From contig JAPLVO010000010.1 of the NCBI GenBank assembly GCA_026397045.1, positions 15,858-79,857 of the forward strand: a stretch of DNA of 64,000 bases, in the 5' to 3' direction. The position numbers were made by a program, and so were the translations under genes. Shown here one piece after another: positions 58,825-64,000 of the stretch. The notes under the pieces were generated by a model that was not told the origin of the DNA, did not search any database, and saw only the letters and a list, made by a program, of their open reading frames with translations. The stretch comes from Patescibacteria group bacterium. Its GTDB lineage: Bacteria > Patescibacteriota > Saccharimonadia > CAILAD01 > BJGX01. Within the stretch, counting starts at the first letter, position 1; each line of letters starts with the position of its first letter.

Positions 58825-60360
58825 ATGCAGCATGAAAAATTAGACGCCACAAAGTATAAAAAAACTAAGATTATAGCTACACTAGGGCCTGCAAGCCAAG
58901 AAAAGATTGGCGCATTGCTTGTTGCTGGAGTTAATGGAATAAGATTGAATTTTAGCCACAATACACATAAATGGCATTGCGATGTAGCACTCCGTGTGCG
59001 AAGTGAAGCCAAAAAGCTCGACAGGTCGGTAGCGATTATACAAGATTTGCCTGGTCCGAAAATGGTGCTTGGCAAGCTGCCAAGTGGTGGTATCGAAATT
59101 GCGGCTGGCCAAACTATAAAATTCAAGCACGGCGACGACAGCACTGAGGGTATCCTGCCGATACAATACGATTTTGCCGCCCAAGTAAAAAAAGGCGAAC
59201 GACTATTTTTAAGAGATGGCCAGATTCAAACCGAGATTACATCAGTAGAGAAAAAAGTAATTACAGCCAAAGCTCTTAACTCTGGAAAGATATTGAGTGG
59301 CCATGGCATTAATCTGCCAGACACAGTTTTTAAAAATGGTGTAATAAGCGAGAAAGACAAAAATGACCTGACTGTTACCCATAAGTTAGACGCTGATTAT
59401 GTTGCCGTTAGCTTTGTAAATAGGGCGCAGGATATCCATGATGTTCGCAATGAGCTAGCTAAGCATAAAGCCAACGCCAAGATTATCGCTAAAATTGAAA
59501 CAAAAGCTGCGGTCGAAAATCTCGAAGAAATAATTAAAGCTAGCGATGTAGTGATGATTGCGCGTGGGGATTTAGCAATCGAGGTAGGACCTGAACGAGT
59601 ACCAATTATTGGCAGAGAAATAATCCTGCTTTGTAGAAGGTATAAGAGGCCGGTAATTATGGCGACCCAAATGATGGAGAGCATGATAACAAGCTTAACT
59701 CCCAGTAGAGCCGAGGCCAACGATGTAGCCACCGCAGTTAGTCTTGGGGTTGATAGCTTGATGTTGTCTGGCGAGTCGGCTATCGGGCAATTCCCAGTCG
59801 AAACGGTAGCGATGATGAAAAAAATAATCTTGAGCGCTGAACAATATTTTGTCAATTCATCAGCCTCAATAGATCTATCAAGCGGCGATACAGATGTAGT
59901 TTCGGTAATTGAATCGAGCGGGGACAGTATGCTAAATAAAATAGGCCAAAAAACACGATTGGTATTCTCAAAGCAACCTAAACTATCACCAAATATTTCA
60001 TCGGAAGCAGCTCAGACCAGTGTTAGTTTTGCGGCAATAACTCTTGCCAACCAATTGAATGCAAAAGTAATTCTGGCAGAAACCCTTACTGGCTCCACAG
60101 CCCTAAGTATTTCTAGCCTTCGCCCTAATTGCCCGATTATAATAATTAGCCCGACTGCTAAGGTCTGTAATCAATGCTCTATTGTTTGGGGTGGTAAAAC
60201 ATTTTTGATTTCTAAATCTAAGAATCGTAAAGCTACGATTATAAGAAAGCTCAAAGACAGAAAAAGCATCAGTAAGGGGGACTGGGTGGTCGAAGCCTTT
60301 GGTCGCAATGAAGATGTTGCGGGTGGAACTGACACAGTAAGACTATTGGAGGTTGAATGA
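58825..60360 (+). CDS. pyk: Pyruvate kinase
   Basis: TKIIATLGP, RLNFSH, DLPGPK, AKIE, ARGDL, ATQMMESM, MLSGESA. Confidence 0.96.
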   Translation: MQHEKLDATKYKKTKIIATLGPASQEKIGALLVAGVNGIRLNFSHNTHKWHCDVALRVRSEAKKLDRSVAIIQDLPGPKMVLGKLPSGGIEIAAGQTIKFKHGDDSTEGILPIQYDFAAQVKKGERLFLRDGQIQTEITSVEKKVITAKALNSGKILSGHGINLPDTVFKNGVISEKDKNDLTVTHKLDADYVAVSFVNRAQDIHDVRNELAKHKANAKIIAKIETKAAVENLEEIIKASDVVMIARGDLAIEVGPERVPIIGREIILLCRRYKRPVIMATQMMESMITSLTPSRAEANDVATAVSLGVDSLMLSGESAIGQFPVETVAMMKKIILSAEQYFVNSSASIDLSSGDTDVVSVIESSGDSMLNKIGQKTRLVFSKQPKLSPNISSEAAQTSVSFAAITLANQLNAKVILAETLTGSTALSISSLRPNCPIIIISPTAKVCNQCSIVWGGKTFLISKSKNRKATIIRKLKDRKSISKGDWVVEAFGRNEDVAGGTDTVRLLEVE

Positions 60361-61109
60361 AGAGAATTATAATCGGCAACTGGAAGATGAATCTGACTGC
60401 CAAGCAATCAGAAATATTAATAAACAGGCTAGTAGAAAACACCGAAAGGCCATCTGCAGATATCGTGCTTTGCCCTAACTTTGTCCAGCTTGCTAATATT
60501 AATATGTTACTCAAGGCGAAGCCGGGTAATAAATTTAAGCTTGGCGTACAAAATATCAATAATCATGACTTAGGAGCATTCACCGGTGAAGTCAGCGCCC
60601 CTATGATCAAGGGTTTAGCCAGCTATGCGATTGTAGGGCACTCCGAGAGGAGGGTTAACTTTGGTGAGACAGATGAGATGATATCAAAAAAGGTTTCAGC
60701 CTGTTTACGCAATAAAATAATCCCGATACTCTGTGTCGGCGAGAACTTACACGAAAGACAAGAGGGTTTAGCAAAGCGAACTGTCCTGGACCAGCTCGAG
60801 GAGGACCTATCCGAGATAACATCAGCCGAATCAGCCAAAATAGTGATTGCTTACGAGCCAGTATGGGCAATAGGTACTGGCAAAACAGCTAGTCCTTATG
60901 ATGTAGAGGATATGCTAGAGGGTATCTATCGGTACTTAGTTAACAAATATACTGAGCCTCGGGCAGACAAAATAAGCCTTCTTTATGGTGGCAGTATCAA
61001 TGCTGAAAATGCTAAGAGCTTCTTGGATCTGAATAAATCTGGAGGGTTATTGGTGGGCGGGGCCAGCCTCAACTATAAGGCTTTTAGTAGTATTTGCCAG
61101 CTGGGATAG
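60357..61109 (+). CDS. tpiA: Triosephosphate isomerase
   Basis: GNWKMN, GHSERR, AYEPVWAIGTG, YGGS, LVGGASL. Confidence 0.97.
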   Translation: MKRIIIGNWKMNLTAKQSEILINRLVENTERPSADIVLCPNFVQLANINMLLKAKPGNKFKLGVQNINNHDLGAFTGEVSAPMIKGLASYAIVGHSERRVNFGETDEMISKKVSACLRNKIIPILCVGENLHERQEGLAKRTVLDQLEEDLSEITSAESAKIVIAYEPVWAIGTGKTASPYDVEDMLEGIYRYLVNKYTEPRADKISLLYGGSINAENAKSFLDLNKSGGLLVGGASLNYKAFSSICQLG

Positions 61110-61179
61110 CTAGTGTGGCTGTTGGATGGTGGATGGTGGGCTATTTATGATAGTATACTAGTGTAAATAAGGAGCAGTA

Positions 61180-61707
61180 ATGACCGAACTTAGCTATGGC
61201 GAAAAGTCACCAGAAGTTGTTAATTTAGTAATAGAAATTCGTAAGGGCGAAAAAAATAAATATGAATATGACAAAGAAACTGGCCGGCTTTTTCTAGACA
61301 GAGTAAATGGCACAGCCCTGGGCTATCCTACTGATTATGGCTTCGTGCCAAACACTCTTTGTGATGATGGCGACCCACTAGACGGCTTACTAATAATAGA
61401 TGAGTCTGTACCACACGGCACCGTCGTGCCAGCCAGGCCTATTGGCGTTTTGTACATGATAGATGACGGCGAAGGTGACGAAAAGCTTATTTGTGTTGCG
61501 GCTGATGATGTCAGCAAAGACCACATCAAAGACCTAAGTGATCTAGGCGAAAACTTTCCAAAAGTAATAGAGCATTTTTATACTCACTACAAAGACTGGA
61601 AAAACAACTGGAGTGGGGTGAGCGTGAGCTTTAACGGCTGGGGAGACGCCCAGGCTGCCAAAAAAGTAATTGCCGAAAGTATTGCTAGCGCCAAAAAAAG
61701 TGGCTAA
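61180..61707 (+). CDS. ppa: Inorganic pyrophosphatase (family I)
   Basis: KYEYD, YG, DGDPLD, DEK, HYK. Confidence 0.95.
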   Translation: MTELSYGEKSPEVVNLVIEIRKGEKNKYEYDKETGRLFLDRVNGTALGYPTDYGFVPNTLCDDGDPLDGLLIIDESVPHGTVVPARPIGVLYMIDDGEGDEKLICVAADDVSKDHIKDLSDLGENFPKVIEHFYTHYKDWKNNWSGVSVSFNGWGDAQAAKKVIAESIASAKKSG

Positions 61708-61857
61708 TTAAATTTAAAGCCATAATTGAACATCCTAATGGTAGGGTGCTCACGATTGCCTTTTTTATTTTCGCCTCTCATCCTTTGGCACACCCTGGGA
61801 GAGTATTGGGAAATTTTATACTTATCATACCCAGGTATAAAGGTGTATCATATATAA

Positions 61858-64000
61858 ATGAATAAATTATTAGAAGGCTTAAACGACGCTCAAGTTGAAG
61901 CAGTAGTTAAGACCGATGGCCCAATATTGATGCTGGCTGGCGCTGGTAGCGGTAAAACTAAAACCCTAACCCATCGCATGGCCTATTTAATATCCGAAAA
62001 GAAAGTGCCACCATCATGCATCTTGGCAGTAACTTTTACCAATAAGGCAGCAGGCGAGATGCGCTCGAGGGTATCTAGGCTACTTGGGTTTGATGAGAAC
62101 GGAACTAACCCAATACCGTTTCTTGGTACCTTCCACTCGGTTGCTAATAAAATACTCAGGTATGAAGCCGATCGAATGGGCCTTGGGAGCAATTTTTTAA
62201 TATATGATTCTGGGGATTCACAGGCCTTAATCAAAAAAATCATGAAGTCCCTGCATATTGATGATAAGAGCATCACCCCCTCTGGTATAGGCTGGATGAT
62301 ATCCTCTGCTAAAAACGAATTAATAGGCCCAGAAAAGTATCGATCCACCACAACCAATCGTGCTGGCCTTATTGCCGCCGATGTATATCCTATTTACCAG
62401 AGAGAATTGCGCAAAGCAATGGCTTTTGATTTTGATGACCTTATAATGGAGCTAGTTAAATTGCTTCAAATCGAGCCCGATATACTCGAGAAATATCAGA
62501 AACAATTCCAGTACATATTGGTTGATGAATACCAGGACACTAACCACGCCCAGTACAAGCTTATTCAGCTGCTAGCCAAAAAACACAAAAACATTTGCGT
62601 TGTGGGCGACGACTGGCAGAGTATTTATTCTTGGCGCGGAGCAAACTACCAAAATATTCTAAATTTCGAGAAGGACTACCCATCCGTGAAGGTTATTAAG
62701 CTGGAGCAAAACTACCGATCCACTCAGATGATACTAGACGCCGCACATTCTGTGATTACTAAGAATATCTCGCGTAGCAGCAAGAAATTATGGACCGACT
62801 TAGGACTTGGCGACAAAGTCCATGTTGTTTCGACAATCGATGAGGTTAATGAAGGCAGAACAATTATTCAGACTATTGAAAGGCTAAGGAGCACGAACCC
62901 GAGTATGACTCTTAAAGATGTAGCGATTCTTTATCGAACTAATGCCCAGTCGCGAAGCCTAGAAGAAAGCTTGCTTCGCTATAATATACCCTATCAAGTT
63001 ATAGGAGGAACGAGGTTTTACGATAGGCGCGAAATAAAAGATATTTTGGCTTATATGAGAGTTATATTCCAGCCCAACGATACTGTTAGCTTGGCCAGAA
63101 TACTAAATGTACCAATCAGGGGAGTTGGAGCCAAGAGTTCATCTGCAATTATCGACTTCTTAGATAAAAACGAAGCCGATACAATCCAGACCTTGCGCCA
63201 ACCTGAGGACATACCGGGCCTTAGGGGCAAGGCCCTAGTAGAGATCCGCAATTTAGGAGTTATCCTAGATGATATTAGCAATAAGCCAGACCTAAATGCA
63301 TTCAAGTTATGGAGTCATTAATTGAAAGGATAGATTATATTAGCTATCTTCAGGATGGCTCCATATCGGCCGAGGATAGAGTGGAGAATGTTCAGGAACT
63401 ACTAGGGGTAGCTAAAAACTACGAGGATATGGACCTCGAAACCTTTCTGACTGAAGTCGCCTTGGTTTCAGACCTTGATTCGCTAGATAGAAATACCCAG
63501 AAGGTTAGCTTGATGACACTGCACGCAGCAAAAGGCCTAGAGTTTGATGTGGTGTTTATGGTCGGCATGGAAGAGGGTGTATTCCCACACGCCAGAAGCC
63601 TTTTTGAGCCGAGTGAACTAGAAGAAGAGCGCCGGCTCTGCTATGTGGGTATGACTCGCGCCAAGCAGCAGCTGTATATGATCCATGCATCATCTAGAAC
63701 ACTGTATGGCAAAACCCAGCACAATGTTCCCTCAAGGTTTATATCAGACATTCCAGAAGAAATCATCGAACAGCCGCTTGGGTCTGGTGCTACAAGTGCA
63801 AGAGGGCAGGTTGCCCGAGAGAGCTTTGATACTGACTTCCCAGACGATGTTAGCAGTGTCAATGTCGCGACAGGTGACAAGGTCATTCACCCCACATTTG
63901 GTGTCGGTGTAGTGGAGAGAATAGACGATCTAGAGGCAGCTATAAGGTTTGAAAAATCAGGACTCAAAAATTTAAATCTTCAATATGCCCCTCTCAGGAA
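61858..64000 (+). pseudogene. pcrA: PcrA/UvrD helicase, split by a 1-nt frameshift near 63285-63318; runs off the window end
   Basis: AGAGSGKT, DEYQDTN, LEQNYRS in first frame; second frame from 63300 gives MTLHAAKGLEF, EEERRLCYVGMTRA and Tudor-like tail HPTFGVG. Confidence 0.88.

Noticed and set aside
59850-60010. Longer linker in pyruvate kinase with SSGD twice
   Set aside because: Variable interdomain region; the repeat is too short to support a claim.

Overview
Gene-dense chromosomal segment using the standard bacterial code (TGA is a stop). Gene content and streamlining (short HrcA and TsaB, glycolysis/lactate genes, sortases, pilin, ComEC, many single-TM hypotheticals) suggest a Patescibacteria/CPR genome, probably Saccharimonadia-like; this is inference. 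Core loci: lexA, tilS-ftsH, murJ-lepA, hrcA-grpE-dnaK-dnaJ with two CIRCE boxes, rimK, comEC, yebC-ruvC, ruvAB, tsaE-tsaB, rny-ymdB-HU, mgtE, pgk, eno, ldhA, pyk-tpiA, ppa, a frameshifted pcrA/uvrD and 11 tRNAs. No CRISPR, rRNA, integrase or transposase was seen. The most unusual signals are non-coding and tRNA-linked: (i) a duplicate of the tRNA-Glu T-arm/3' end with an 80-nt structured insert in its T-loop, with a truncated relative behind tRNA-Pro; (ii) a covarying bulged hairpin present three times in tRNA leaders; (iii) an identical 35-bp inverted repeat in two tRNA-Arg trailers. Candidate undescribed protein modules are a pyruvoyl decarboxylase + GNAT + 7TM sensor kinase cluster and a RimK + two GATases + degenerate GGCT cluster. 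A direct-repeat LexA box and many apparently leaderless promoters are also visible. All family calls come from motif recognition by eye; no searches were run.
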